Shown one piece after another: positions 36,771 through 52,039 of a DNA stretch of 64,000 bases. A program made the position numbers and the translations under genes. Where the stretch lies: assembly GCA_053919585.1 (NCBI GenBank), contig CM132823.1; one strand, 5' to 3'. This DNA is from Euprymna scolopes. Lineage: Eukaryota. The notes below the pieces were generated by a model. It made no database searches, was not told the origin of the DNA, and was given only the letters and a program-made list of their open reading frames with translations. Within the stretch, counting starts at the first letter, position 1, and the number at the start of each line of letters is the position of its first letter.

Positions 36771-36965
36771 ATTTATGCCCATATAAGAGAGTTTGACATG
36801 GGTATCTAAAACGGTCCCAATTTATCAGGTTTGAAACCGACGATAGCGATAACTTATCTCATCTAAACCTTCTGTAAATAAAACGTAAATATTACGCTCT
36901 TATCTTTGGATTTTTCTTTATAAGAGAGCAGTCTGCTGGATTTTTTTTTCCAAAAACTATAACTA

Positions 36966-36967
<2 letters not shown>

Positions 36968-37043
<76 letters not shown>
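36968..37043. repeat. (TA)n microsatellite
   Basis: Direct observation. Confidence 0.95.
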
Positions 37044-37047
<4 letters not shown>

Positions 37048-37118
37048 CTTACCAAATGCCTCCGTAAGCTCTTGATCTACAGACAGGAAACTTAATATAT
37101 AGGGTATCCGAAACCATG

Positions 37119-37344
37119 NNNNNNNNNNNNNNNNNNNNNNNNNNNNNNNNNNNNNNNNNNNNNNNNNNNNNNNNNNNNNNNNNNNNNNNNNNNNNNNNNN
37201 NNNNNNNNNNNNNNNNNNNNNNNNNNNNNNNNNNNNNNNNNNNNNNNNNNNNNNNNNNNNNNNNNNNNNNNNNNNNNNNNNNNNNNNNNNNNNNNNNNNN
37301 NNNNNNNNNNNNNNNNNNNNNNNNNNNNNNNNNNNNNNNNNNNN
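37119..37344. other. Assembly gap (226 N)
   Basis: Run of N. Confidence 0.99.
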
Positions 37345-38939
37345 TAGGGCGATCCTCATTGGTTGGTTCAGAAATACATTCTGATTGGCTTATTCAGTTC
37401 AATTTTTCTTCTTCTATACCTATATAGTTAATGAAAACTGCATGTTAAGCTATTGCGATGGAAGGACACATGATTTAAATTATCGCAATAAGAGTGATAC
37501 CTTCATTTTTGAAAGTCATGCAGTTGAATGTTCGATAAGTTTACCGCATGAGTCACTCCCGGATTCTAAGTCCAATTTTGGAGTATTGATTTTATATCTT
37601 GATTGTGAAAGTTCTAACGAGGTAAATATTTCTTTGCTACTTAAAATTAGGTTTTTCTGTGGAGTGTAAATTTAACCATTTCTACAAGAATTCCTGCAGT
37701 GTTTCTCTTAAATTCGAGAACACATCCAAAAAATATAACGGATAATGAGTATTCATATTTTAATGCAGACTTTGTATTTTATTGGATTTTATGTAATTTA
37801 ACGTTTAAAAAATCGATTCGTGCGCCCCCCAGAATTGAAGCCAAAACGTGTAGATCACGATTTATTTTTCCTCTGCCTTTTAATTATTTGTCTATGAAGA
37901 CAAGACTAAATTAAAACGTGAACCAATAGCTACTACGTTATATATGAATATTCGTAATGTTGTCGTTCTACCTGGCAAATTTAACTTTAACTTTACCTAT
38001 TTCCCCGGGCTAAAACCCAAATATCAAGTTTCGCATGGTTTCAAATATCTTAAAGTTTCCTGTCTTTAGACAAAAAATTTTTTAACAAATGTATATGTAT
38101 AAATAGTGAAATTGTTTCCATCTGTTTCTCTTTGCTCCTTTTCCTGTCCCTTCGCTAGCTACCATGCCCTTTTTCCCTTTTACGTCATGTAACTGCCTTA
38201 TACTCGTTGATTGGAAGGGACTTTTTTTTTTTTTTTTTTTTTCACCAAATTGGAGCTTAAGCTGGACTGATGAATTAATATCTTCACTTGCAGAAAAGTA
38301 CAGCCTCAAAGATGTACCTAGTACGCCCCTTTAAGGTCTCAAGGAAAAACGAGATCGACTGAATTAACAAGACGTTAAAATTGAATATGGCAGGCGTGAA
38401 CATTACAATTATAAAGGAAAATTATGGATTAAATGAAGAAAATTCGTCTCACGATTTTTCTAAGTTGATTTTTTTTTTCCAGGTTTAAGCTATTCTGCCG
38501 TCACATGGTCTGTTAATCCTCGTAAAAGACTATTAGATTTATTCGGTGGTTGTTTGCTCCTAACGAACGAGGATTTCTTTTATACTGTACTTTCTCAACC
38601 TCGTGAGGAGGCATGGAAGGACGTTGAAAAGGAAAATAAACACAAATGTGTTTAAAAGAAAAGGCGGATTTTCCCTAAAAGGAAACACAAAAAATACATT
38701 TCAAGGAAGATATTGTCAAAAGAATTAAGAACTATTCTAACAAAGACTGTACATAAAGGACTGATAACTATTAAAATAAGGACTGAATACTTAAAGGGAA
38801 CTTTAATATTGTTTCCATTCAGATAAAACCACCTAGACACTTCCAGTAAGTGCGCCTCCTTTCTCTTTTTCCTTTCATACTCTCCCTTCAGCAGTTACCA
38901 AGTAATCTTGTAAGCCAGATGGGCAATTTTGGCAGCCAT

Positions 38940-41410
38940 ATTATGAGGTCAAATTTTTTCCTCTAATAAATTAGTTTTTAATTTTTTTTTTTTTTTTTTT
39001 TTAGCCAAAATGAAAGCAAAAGTATTCACTTGATTCCAATCCTTTTTGAATTATCGACCTTGAGACACAAAATGCGTCTATTTCACTCTTAGAAGTGACT
39101 TCAAAGATTTCATTTGACTTCAAACTTGGCTGATTTTAAGACAAATCGCTTACATTAGAAACTAAATTTATGTACTTTGTAATCAGAACAAAACTTACCA
39201 TTTTCCGACATTCTTATCCACAAAAACAAAATCTGACAACGCACTAATAGCAAAGATCACATTCATACTCTCCCCCCATCATCGCTCCATCAAAACCGGT
39301 GATAGATCCGTTAGAGCGCTTCTCATATGTAACCTGGAACACTTAACTAACGAATATAAAATGTTTTGAACTTTAAAATATTCCAAACTATTCATTTCCG
39401 CTATGAAAAGGCTATTCATATTGAAAAGGGCCCCACCACCAAAAAATCCTCCACTTAGAAATGTCACATACCCCTTTTCTCTGCTATATGGGAACTGTTT
39501 CAGAACCATTCAATCTACTTGACTTTATAAAGACTCACTAAAAAACAAAACAGTGACTGCACACCTTTCACACATTTTAATACTACATCGTGTCGTTATT
39601 TTGATAAAATCTGTCTCAGACTCGACGCTCACCCAAAAAGGATGTAACATAATCTGGCTATCAAGTCAATGGAGGGGAAACCCTCTATACTGGGACAATT
39701 ATTATTTTTGGTAACCAGAGTGACCCCTTTTAGGGGAGCTGGTTTTTACCTCACATTAAAAACGGCCTTGTGCCTAATTTGCTCAGTGGGGGAGCAAATA
39801 AATACCATCTGGCTATCAAGTTGAAACGCGATCTACTTATTACATAACTTCTCTTTTCTTTTCAAATAAAAAAGCCACAATCATTTTATTCCTTACGTGT
39901 CCCCTCCGCCCATCTAGTATTTCTCACCTATTTTTTCCTTCATATGCTCAACTAGTTGCGTCCCACTCTCGCCCACTTCCTCCTAATTTATTAGTGGATC
40001 ATAATTTGAAAATGAATTTCACTCGGGAGTGAATTCGCCCAAAAGATAGTTTTATCTGAAATAACACTGTAAAAATATTTGACATATTAAAGCAATTTTA
40101 ATTCCAGTGTAAATTATCTAGAGGTGAAAAGTGAACCTAAGTAAAACAAAATCGTCTGCCTTAAATTGTCTGAAAAATCTGCAATGCTTTCTCAAGTGAA
40201 TTTGAATATGCTTCCTTAAAGCCAACACGTCAACCTTTTGTTGCCACCATTTTGAGTCTTTGAACTTCTGCTAGCAATAAATGTCAAGCTGAAAAGCGTA
40301 CCTCAGGTTGTCTTCGATGAACTGTTTGGAATGTCTACAATGCTTTTTAACGTGAATTTGTATATGCTTTCTTAAATTAAAACGACCCGGTAACCTTTTA
40401 CTGGCACCACTTTAAGTCTTTGTGCACAAACTTCTGCAGTAACTAAATTTAGTTAATTACCAGTATACTATTTGGACAGTTTGCTTTTTGCACTACTACC
40501 TCCAAAGGAATTGGCCTCTTCTGAGACTGTTTCTATCTCTGCATTATGTTGCCACGGAGAGTCCTTCATACAGTTCCTGGACATGATCGATGCTGTTGTA
40601 CTGTCAGCGTGTTGAGTAAAAAGAACCCTATTTCCATAAAAAGTCCACCTCATAGCTGTGATGGTAGAAAGTGCTCTATTTTGTACACTACAGTTAACAA
40701 GCCAACTACCCCATCTTTTTCAAAAATGGGCATGTTAGTTGTGGCGCAACTGATTCCCGAAGCTAACTGGATGTAGTTAGCTGGGTCATACATTAAGCTA
40801 TCTGAAATAGCCTGTAAAAGGGAATGGAAGATATCAAGCGTTTTCACTTCAATGGGACCAATCATGAATTTCACTGAAAAAAAAAAAAATTACATTTGTT
40901 AAAAATGTATCATGAATACCTTTCTGTCTTTTTGTTCTGATCTTTGAACATAAAGTTCAGAAAATATTCTCAACATTTAACGATAAAAAATACTTTAAAA
41001 TGTGACGAAAATGGCACAGGTCTAAAAGCGAGATGGTGATGAGTCTAATCTATTTCTAATCTCACATGACTAGTTTCATTCATAAACATTCACCAAAATA
41101 CTGTATTTATACTTTAACATTTATGCTCCATAAATCAAGAATCCATACAAATATCCTACTTAACACGTGAATGCACATGCATACATATGCAATAGGTTTG
41201 AACAATAAAATCTTTGTAACAATGTAAAATGTAAACACTACTCGTGATATGGAAGACCCGCACCCATGCTTCTGCCATTTCTAAATTTGGAGTATCTAAA
41301 ACTTTATTGCCTTTACCTCTTTAAAAAAAATACATATTCTAGAACCTAATGCTGATTTAAATGTAATATTCAAAAATTAAAATAAAGCCGAAGTAGGTAA
41401 AGGGCTCGAC
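38940..41410. repeat. Inverted copy of 16545-19100
   Basis: Reverse-complement similarity; shared ORF-track peptides (STTASIMSRNCMKD; KFM.GPIEV..DIF.SLLQAISDS). Confidence 0.9.
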
Positions 41411-41951
41411 TTTAAACTTCAATGTGTTGAGCATATCGTGCCTAATGAGATCAAAAGCAAGACATTTCTTCATATCCGTTATCGGAGAACATCACCAGTT
41501 TGTGAATGAGGCCTAAAATAAACCTATATTGCAACATCCCGTATGTCTGATAAAAAAAACACTCGTTAATGCATGCGCTGTAGCAAACCTTTTTTGATAC
41601 AAAGACTTTGTCCATGAAAATGACAAGTTTTAATATACTTGCTTACTCATAACCATGTCTTATGATGCTTGATGGAATATGTATTTATCGCTCCATTTGA
41701 TCTCCAGAATCTAAGGCATTTGCAATCTAATTTATCTTTGACTTGATGTCAAATTTCATTTCCATATTTTAATTACATGGTCTGATATCGTAGGCTTGTA
41801 TAATGAGGATTCAATGTTAAATTTTTTGTGGCTAGGCTTAGAGCGCCACCTGGATGGACTTTTTTTTTTTTTTTTTTTTATAAAATGAGGTGAGGGTTAA
41901 AAGCTTCAGGATCCCTAGCTCTTTGAATTATATCTGAACCTTTTATCCCTG

Positions 41952-41998
<47 letters not shown>

Positions 41999-42109
41999 CC
42001 AGTCTTTCGTTAAGATCTCTAAATATTAACTTCATGGGTGTAATTTTATTGTAAGTAAACAAACTTGATTTTTTTTTCACCTAAAAACTTTATTCAATTT
42101 CTCCAAATG

Positions 42110-42900
42110 CGATCACCCCTAAACAATGCTTTAGATACATTGACATCTTTTTTTTTCTTGAAAACACGCACAGTTAACATTCAACAAATTAGTCACACTC
42201 AATGAAACAAAACAATCACTCATTACCTTTTCTAGACATGCTTTTAAAATCAAACGATCCTTCAAAATTCACTGCAAAACTACACAAAAATGACTACTTG
42301 CATTTCTACTTTTACCATAAAATAAAAGCAGGAATGATAGTTTCTTCCTACGTGCATTCCGAATCTGCAGTCCAGAATATCCGAAGACTACCTCAAATAT
42401 TTTGAAAACCTTATATCCACATTCATATTAAATGCTAAGCGAAAAGCCAAATACTTTCCAGGGTAAACAAATATACATTTCTTTTAAACAGATCTCTTAT
42501 CTACACCAATACAATAATTTGCAACACTAAAACTAGGAATTCCAACCATACAAACCACAAGACATAAAAACAAAACCTCAATACGAACCAGTTTTTAATA
42601 AAGGCATATTCACTGTTCCTTGCTAAAATTACCGTCATAAATGCATTGGTGAAACCCAGTTAAATTAAAAAGGCTGAACATCTAAGAAATAGCAATTTTC
42701 TAATTACAGCATAATCATACCTTTGACTTCAAACAAGCGAAAAGTGAAGTTTATTTCAAATAAACTTCAGACTTCTTGAATCTACGCTTATTGTAAATTC
42801 AGGCACAAACAATGGAGGTTTCTATAATATAGCGCCATTAATGAGTAAACTTCTATTAAAACAATTTAATTGTAGAACAGTTAACCCTCACACCATAGAA
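42110..42900 (+). mobile_element. Decayed Penelope-like element fragment (RT C-terminus plus GIY-YIG)
   Basis: NNHSLPFLDMLL; YLHFY..H; KGIFTVPC...CIGET; HNHTFDFKQAK. Confidence 0.6.
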
Positions 42901-45599
42901 ACACCTGTAATACATAACATATAATAAAAAAAATTACATGACGTATTTCATTTGAGTTGCACATATATTTGAATCTACTATACTAGCAGCACCCGTTAAC
43001 CGGTAGTAGCATGCTTTCCCATCCACCCCACATAAAAAAATTAAAATATGGCTGTTTTGTCGTTTGCCAACCCCCAACCTCATGTTAAAAATGGCTTTTG
43101 GAATAGACACCCCAATTTGTGCCTATGGGCACGGTTGTCACAATTTGCTGGAAGGTTCAAGGTATTTTTCAGGTTATGGTTCAGAGCAAGGTATTTTAGT
43201 TGGCAAGACTGGAGTTATGGTGACAAACTGTGCCCCCTTAAAGGGAACTAAATTTCTGTAGTCACCTGTACATTACCAAATGTAAACGCCATTTAAGTGG
43301 TCGTTTTTAAATTAAGCTGTAAAAGTAAACAGACCGGTTTAAATGATGAATCAGCTTTTTAAACTTTAAATGGGTTAAATGTAATCACGTCATGAAATTA
43401 GTTTTGACAAGCCGAATATGCAGGGTCCTTCTCTTTACTTTCACCATGTTTATGCAATATTTTAAAATCCAAGCGTAATTATTTTTGAAAAGTTCAATGG
43501 ACGAACATTTTGGGGGTAATTATTCCTCCCCCCTCCCCTATAATGACGTCTTGGCAAGGAGGCAACCAGTTATTCTGTAAAGTCTGTTCTGGCAAAAATT
43601 TACTTTCATGACTAATGTTTGGGCAAAATTTTTAAATCTAAGGTGTGGTTATTGAGAAAAGTGTGAGCAAATGAACAAGAGTGAATTACTTTGTCCAATC
43701 CCTCCTTTATCGCGGGGGGGGGGCAAATAAATTCGTCTTTAATTTAAATTACTTTGCTATATTTCGTTGGATTACAATACGCGCTCCTAAATACACGTAT
43801 TCAAATAGAAAATTTTTCTTTAGGAAAAGAAATACGTGCAAACAGAAACGCGACCTATTGCTTACCTACAAGAATGTGACGTTATTTATCAGTTAACAGG
43901 CCTCGTTGTTTGGTAAACCTTGGCTGGCTGCTCTCAAGTTTACCATGGAATCAGCCATGGATCTGAAAAAGAAACAAGATAACACTAAATTCTTTAACAA
44001 GCCGAGCAATCTGTTTTTGTTTCAGGGCACACCAAATTTTTTTGGTTCTTTTAAGGCACTTTCTTAAACTGAAACTAAATGACTATATCTAATTATGCTA
44101 ATACATTGACACTATTTCATGTAAAAGGAAAAACTGGGATTGATATTTCTTAAAACAAATTCACTTTCAAATTTTATTTCATTTTGCAAATAAATTATGG
44201 ATTTTTTAGATGAGGATAGATTATTTGAATCTAGATTATTCAATAACATAACAGTAGAATAAGGATTTCGGTAAAATTCACTCGTAAAATTTGGTCTTAT
44301 GGAGGTTGAAAATTCAATCCAGACGACCGAAAAATATAATTGCTGATTACTTAAATCATGAGTGACAAAACAAAACATGGTACCTCCACAGATTAAAGAA
44401 TTGATTCCGTTTGGAATTCCATGTAGATTGGAGTTTGAAAAAAAAATACACCTGAAGAAAGTAGATAGCATAGACAGAAACGTTGCACTAATAACTCATG
44501 AGAAGTCTTAAAACGATATTCATATTAGCTGAAGAAATTTCTTCAGCTTTTCTTGTAGCTGTACTGCACAACCCGTCAAAGTGCAGACTAAATTTTATTT
44601 TTGCCTTTTTCTAATTTAACGAAGAAAAAAAAATCTCTTTGCAGTTTTTTTTTTTTTTTTTACTTTAACGTTAAGAACTTGTTAGAATATAATGTTAAAG
44701 ACGGCAAAACAGCTAGACTAGACATTTAACGGCGTTAACGGTTTTCGCTCGTTTGTAATTGCTATTCACGGGCCAATTTTAGGATAATTGGCGACCCTCT
44801 TGTAGTGGCAAAAAATCCGAAAATAGGATCGTATGTTTTTACAGAAACTTTAGATAAGTTATCGGTACTGTCGGTTTCAAACCTGATAAATAGGGGCCGT
44901 TTTAGATAGCCACATATCAAGCTCTTATATGGGTATAACTAACCATATAAGTAATAAGCATTTTGTGCGCTTTAAAGCCAAATTACAATGCAATTTTACG
45001 CAAATAAACAAATTGTTTGAAATTGATAATTTGAATATATTTTGGAGTTAAACTCCATTCTCATCATTTTGTTTCATTCACACCCCTGACGTTAATCTCG
45101 CGTAGCCAACGCACCGTTCCAGACATTGCAAAATACAACTGCTGAGAAACAACGCGTGGATCTTTACTGCTGACTATTCTTTCTCCAACTTTACAACATA
45201 GGAAGAATAAAAAATCTGTGGATGGAATTTGACTCCGAAATATTTTAATTAGAAATTTAAAACAAGTAAAATGTCTATTTTCGTAAAATTGCGTTGTAAT
45301 TTGTCTTTCACGCGCACTTGATGCGTATTTGATTTTGTTCAAATTAAATCAACGCTTCTATAACGGAATTCACACCACCTGATATATACATATAATTTTA
45401 TGTGGGGTACAAAATTTCATTATTACAATCATGACAGGCCTGTTTTTATCATGATTAAAAATGGGAAATGAAAAAGAATGGAGGCAAACTGACCGGTTTC
45501 GCCTTCACTTTTCGCAAGCTGGATTGAGGAATTTCCTTTTAATAAAATCGAGTGAAATGGGAGACATGTTAAAAGTGATATGAGTTAGTTCAAGACATA

Positions 45600-48500
45600 T
45601 GGCGATCCTCATCGCTTGGTTAAAAAATACGTCCTGATTGGTTTTTATCCCGTGCGATTTTCACTTTTATATGCCTATATAGTTAATGAAAACCACATTT
45701 CAAATTGATACGACGAAAGACCATGATTTAATCGATCACGAATACTGTATCCTTCGTTTTTAAGTTATAAAGCTGGACGTCCTTTAAGATAACCGTATGT
45801 GTCGCTCCTCGATTCTAAGACCAGCGTATTGATGCACACCTCGCATGGAAACGTTTCAGATTTTATCTTTTCTGTAAAAAGTTCTAACAAGAATTGCTGC
45901 TGAACTTTTTATTTTTGTTTAATCTAACCCTTTCTACAAGAATTATATTGCTCTTTGAGACCTCAAAAAATATAACTGATATTCATGAGTTGATAAATTC
46001 TGGTTTGGCCGAGACCTGCAGACTTTACTTTGTGGAAACTTTCTCCACTGAAAGGTAGAGGTTAACAAGGATTTTGCAATGGTTTGTTGCGACCTGTGAC
46101 TAGGTAAAAATTGTAGAACCTTGTCGGTCTGGTAATAAGGGTAACGATTCAATTTCTTTCAACTCCAATCCCAAACTGAAATCACAACCAAAATTCAGTT
46201 CACTCCATTCTTATAATCCAGTTAGCCAATCAAATAAGTTAAACGTAACAACTACCAATATAAAGTCATTACCCACACAAAAGGTTTCTGCTGCAACTCT
46301 TCCTGAGAGTCGCAGGTAAGTGCTTAAAGTTTTCTCAATAACTTAGTTCTTACACTTTACTTTCGCAGGTTTGTATGGTTTTCGATTAAAGAACTTCGCC
46401 TATACTTTTGGCAGCATTTGTATTTCGTAAACTTGGCAAATTTCAGTTTATCGGTGTCTGCCACTTGCGTTCTATTCCAACAAAAATAGAATACACGAGT
46501 TAAATACGAAAACTTTTTTTTTTGGGGGGGGGAATGCTGTTCTCTAATTTCCGTGAATATTGAAATTCGGATACCTAATCTGCTAAAGTACCAATTTGAA
46601 TGTTAATTCAGGCTAAAACGAATCGCATCCCAAAATAATGCATTTGTGTTTTTTTTTTTTTTTTTTTTTTTTTTTTCTGGCTAATTTAAAGTGACCTTCA
46701 GAACGTGAAAAATCCTTCCTGCAAGGAGTCTCCATAGTACTATGCAAATCTAATGGAGAACCTAAAGCTTGTTCCGGGAATGAGGAAACGGTGATTTGAA
46801 AGTCACATTTTTCGTTGAAACTTTAAACCTAAATTTTTTTGAGGTAATTCCGTTAGTCTTTATCGAGCCTACGTTGTTGGGGGGGGGGGGGTTCACCCGC
46901 ACCCCCCTCCCAATTTAAGTTTACCGACTAAAAACTGGTGCAAAGAAGCCTTTCACTTTGCGTTAAATTGCGTGAAAATATTTTCGATACAAACAAGCTG
47001 AGAACACTTCGATAATACAAAAGCATTTTATATCAACGTGGCATTAAACGCAACCTTTTCGTTAAAACCTTCATCTAAAATGTTTTTGGAATTCTCCCGC
47101 AATCTGTTCTTGTACGCAGAAAGTACGTTAGTCATAAAGTTATTAGTTCGCGTTTGATTTATAAGAAACTGCCCCCCCCCCAACTAAAACGATTTTCTAC
47201 CAACACCATGAGTAATTCTACCCGGGATGAACTGGTCGGTAAAAAACAAGCGATAACTGTGCTAGAATTCTCCGGTAAAATTCTAATTAAAATGGATTTT
47301 TATTTAACAATATTTTGTTAAATGTTACAAATGGCGGCAATCAATTTTAATGGAAGTACAATTGGGAATTACTGAAACAATTTATTTCGTATCAACCAAT
47401 TTGTGACGTATTTGCATTTTATTTGATATTTAATGAAGACTTAAATATTGGTTGTGTAAAGTAATAAGCGGTCACTTTATGGAAACACGATATCAAACTA
47501 GAAGCGACTAAAATAAGTATCATGTAGAACCCACTTATAATTTTTATCTTTGTCCTTTTCAGTTGGGTAACTGACTTCCAGAAATAACAAGTTTGACCAC
47601 TTTACACAATATTTACGGTAACTTATATTTTAATATCCGAAAATATTTCGTGAGTGAAACCGAAGTCATGTTAATAGAAATACGGTTGGGAAACTGTTGC
47701 ACATATCACATCCATCAAAATGATAAAAATTGCTTTTACATTTTCCGCCCAGAAAAAATGGTTCAAGTTATATGTAAAAACTGAAGGAAATCCTTACTCC
47801 ACATAGTTCTGATTATGTATTCACCCCCCCACCCACCTTTTCCCTACACACTTTCGGTCTATGCAGTCTGACCTCTTTCAGTATTTTCTCAAACACGAAT
47901 TTACATAGAATTTCAAACGGAACTAGTTATTTAATTCACGGAGCTACCATGCTCTGTCCGATCACCATGATTGGATATTGATTTTTAAGTAATCAATTTT
48001 TTTCAGTCGTCCGTACTGAGGATTGAACTCTCAACCTCTGACTAACTTTTACAAGTGAATTTTACCGAGATCCACTGCCGTGTTTCTGAAGAATTAGATG
48101 AGAATTGATTATTCTTATTTAAAGTTCTATAATCTAATTGCGAAATGGAATAGATTCATAATTGATTCCATCGTAAACTTGAGCAGCCAGCCAAGGCTAC
48201 CAAAACACGAGGCCTGTTAACTGAAATGACGTCACATTCTCGTAGCGGTATGTAGGAAATAAGATCCCGTTTCTGCTTGCACGTTTTTTGTTTTTTACCG
48301 TATTGTACCGTTCACTTACAAGCCAGTAAGTCTGATTCCTGTAAATGGTGAGTCATCCTTTGGATGCTGAACAAGAATACCCCAGAACAAGTGAAGAAAC
48401 TCCACTTTCTCACATTCCATAGTGAAATATTGAGTTCCATGAAGTGAAACTAACCTATTAAAAATTGCCGATGCAAACAGGGTCAACATGCATGTTTAGT

Positions 48501-51500
48501 TCCAGAACCAAAAAGAACGGATTCATAACTAGGGCTATGACAATATTCTTTTACAGATATGCTTTATATTCTCGTGACATGCTGAAAATATTATTCAGCC
48601 ATATGCTTAATATGCTTTTTTTCACGGAAAATGCTCTTTAAAAAACGTTCTTTGGAACAGTATTTTTTGGCTATTGTATAGATTTTTAATCACATTTTCA
48701 GCCTACTTCTGGCGACTACTTCTATGCTTGGTAACTTAGTTTTGTGTTAGTACAATATTCTTTGGCTTTTATTTCATGTAATACGTTTTCTATTGCTTAT
48801 GGTAAGTGTTAAAACGGTATTCAGTAGTTTACAAATTCTATCAAACTTTGTACAACTCGGTTAATGCAATAAAAATAGATTTCGAAAATCTGGTTATTTT
48901 AACGCTATAAATACTTTGAACAATTAAACACTCTGCAATGAATAAAATGTTTTACATTTTGCAATTAAATATCTTTAAATTATCACTTAAAGCTTCTTCG
49001 GTTGTCCGCTAAAACAGTCTTATATTGTGAAAAACTCATTCCACGTTGCAGGAGACTACCAGAGCATACAGGAAGCTGGCTATTGCTTTAGCTCAAACTG
49101 TCAGGTAATCTATGCCATCTACATTCTTTTTTGCAAAACCTTCCTGCTGATTTGTGCATTTGAATGTTTTCAAATACTAAAACCTTTGATCTTTGAAAGC
49201 TGTCCAATTTCTGCGAAATTAGGTCATTCCAAGTGTCACTTCGACCTCGGCAACTAATCCAATAGTCGATAGATTTGGCCCTTTCATCTTTGTAATGTTT
49301 TTTAACGTTAAACTTTGATAAATCTGATAAGCAGGGCTGCATCCTCCAGTTTTTTGGCACTCCGATATACTTTGTGCCTCTGAATCCAGGGACACCACGA
49401 CAGCAGTAATTTCATGTAAATATTTAGTGTAATAGTGTGCTGCATCTAGTCATGTACCCCACCTCGCTACAATGGGGCTTTGTTGAAGGGGCATCCCTGG
49501 AACTAGTTCCTGAACTATCGAGTTCTTTTAAAAATACTCCTGTAGAAATGAGCTTATTCGCTTTTTTGTACGCGTGCCTAACCAATTTTGCAATCCTGTG
49601 CAAACTGGGCTAAACATTTTTGTTATTTTAGGGTACAAAACTTGGAGAGCAGTCATGACTTGTCATATGAAGTCGCATCTGTTACAAGAGCACATTAGGG
49701 TAAAGTACTTGCTACGGCCACAAAACTTTGAAAAATGCCTCAATTATAGTGATTTACCTTTGACAGACATGCAAGGCTTTCCAAATAACACCTTCCTCTA
49801 CTACCCTTAGAATGCCAAACTCTAAGCAATAAAACGCGCTGCTCTAGATCCATAGTTTCGTCAATGGAGACCCAGTTTCATTCTCGCATTTTTTTTTTTT
49901 TTTACTTTTGCTTTGTTCACTTCGCTAATAGTGGGGCAGATTGCTGAAACGTTCACTTGGTGCTTGTATCACTAAGTGAAAGATTCTTATGGAATATTGA
50001 GATAACCTTCCCCAATATAACGTAATATTTCCTAATGGTAGTCTGATCCGGAATATTTCTACTTGTGGACTTGTGTAGAAATTCTCTGAACACGTCATTG
50101 CTCATATTATTGAACGGGATATCCGCGGCAATCGACGCTTTACAGAAGTCGGCATTGAACAATGTGTGCGTCTTTTTCGCCATGTTGGTTTTTAAATGCT
50201 GCACCATTAAAGACTATTGATCTGTAAAAATGAAATTTAATATGCAAGTATGAAGTTATATTAAGTGCATTAACTTTTAATTAACGTGCCGAGTAGATGA
50301 TTGAGATGAAATCAACGTTCAACGGAATTTTGGTACAGCTAGTTTTAACGTTACATAATTTGAAATACAAATTTCAGTAATTTGTATTCACCAATCATAC
50401 GACTATTTCAAATCTTATGCGCTATAACTTATCAGTATTTGCAGGTTAAGCAATCACCAGTTAACGGGTAATCTTCAAATTCCTACACAAATCTTGCCAT
50501 TCGTTCGGCAGAAGTGCTAATTTCGGCATAGTTTTTTCACATTTTGTAAATACGTACTAACACTCCTTGTCTACAAGAACAAAGATGTGTATGTTTATCT
50601 GCCTATATCACTTTTTTTTTCTCTACAGACCAAATTTTAGACCCTTATGTAAATTCACATGTAAAGGTTTGACGAAGTTTAAATTTATCTGGAAAAAAAT
50701 TTAAATCTTGTATTCAAATATTTCGGTTTATTTATTTATTTTTTTTTTTTAGAATATGCTTTTAAAGAATATTCTCGTTACATCCCTAATTACTGCCAAA
50801 TATATCGGCTAAAGCTGGGGCCAATGGACTCTGCCATTGAAACCCCACCGACCTAACTTTAAAAAATTCATGTTTTTAAGTTGTATATTGTCGCTGCATT
50901 AAGATAAAGATTTGTTTCATGAATTCCCAAAACTGACGTTAGTTTATTGTGAACCATTCGGAAACAATTTAAATATCAAGCAATGGCAATGATATCCTTC
51001 AACTGTCAATATCAAAATGTACGTATTTGAGTCTTTAGTAAAAATTAAAATATTGTATCAAATAACTGCTTTCAGTATGTTACTACTGCAAGAATTTTTT
51101 ATATTTTGCTACTTCACGAGTTAGATCAATGTTTTTCATGATTATGCCTAATATGGACAGAAAAGTTCATCTTTTACTCTGCAATTTGCATAAGAATGTA
51201 ATTCTTAACTAAAAACGCCATATATTGAATGATTATAAAAAATTGTATTATGAAATTAGCATAAACACAGAAAAAAATACTTTGCTGGTGAATTTTGATT
51301 AGAGGGTGTAAATTAGTTTAAGCAAACATAAGTTTGTTGGAAATTACAACTTTGGAAACCTTAAAATTAGTCCAATGCTCTGCATCATTTGATACGACTT
51401 TCTTCCCTTCTCACTAGGTGGACATTAGTTTGGCAAGTTTTAAATTGTGAATGAACGGGATAATATTCCTTTAAATTTATTTTCCTAAACCGGTTCGAAG

Positions 51501-52030
51501 AAAACTATGAAGAAATAAAGCTAAAATATATATAGGGGTTTCTAGGGACATCAGAATCAGGATTCTACAAAGGTTGGCATTCAATGATTGGATTTGAATA
51601 CAAAAGCAGCATTTGCACACTTTTCTATAATTAAAAATTTATATTATGCGAATACTTGTACTAGGACGGGTATCGGCAATTAATATATTAAATCTTTAAA
51701 TTTAAATATTGCTTTTTTTTTTCTTTTTTTTTTATATGGGACAGTTTCGCTGGAATCCTCAATGTTAATTTTATTCATAATTATCCGTTCATTAATTTAG
51801 GAATCTGTTCAACGATTATTTGACTTATATTTTAAATAGTCTTTCGCATTTCATTAACTTTTTTTTTTTTTTTTCTTTTTCAGATAATCTCTGGGGCATA
51901 TGTTTAATGGTTCCTTAATATTATCGGCCAAAACAAAAAGGTGAAAGAAAAAGCATTGATTTGTTGACTCTAATCATTTTTAAATTATAGAAAGGCATAA
52001 GAAAATGCATTTTGCTTTTCTAAGTGACTT
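45600..52030. repeat. Inverted copy of 18940-32045 lacking the satellite expansion; contains an unrelated segment at about 45940-47300
   Basis: Collinear reverse-complement match. Confidence 0.9.
48530..50788 (-). mobile_element. Second copy of the hAT (CGGBP1/DUF659-type) transposon, 2.26 kb, without satellite
   Basis: Ends TAGGGCTATGACAATATTC (48530) and the reverse complement of TAGGGATGTAACGAGAATATTC (ends 50788). ORF 49953-50207 LFNADFCKASIAADIPFNNMSNDVFREFLHKSTSRNIPDQTTIRKYY. Same PLE flanks as the left copy. Confidence 0.82.
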
Positions 52031-52039
52031 AAATTGACA

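Noticed and set aside
36892-37427. ORFs spanning the gap
   Set aside because: Artefacts of the N run and (TA)n.
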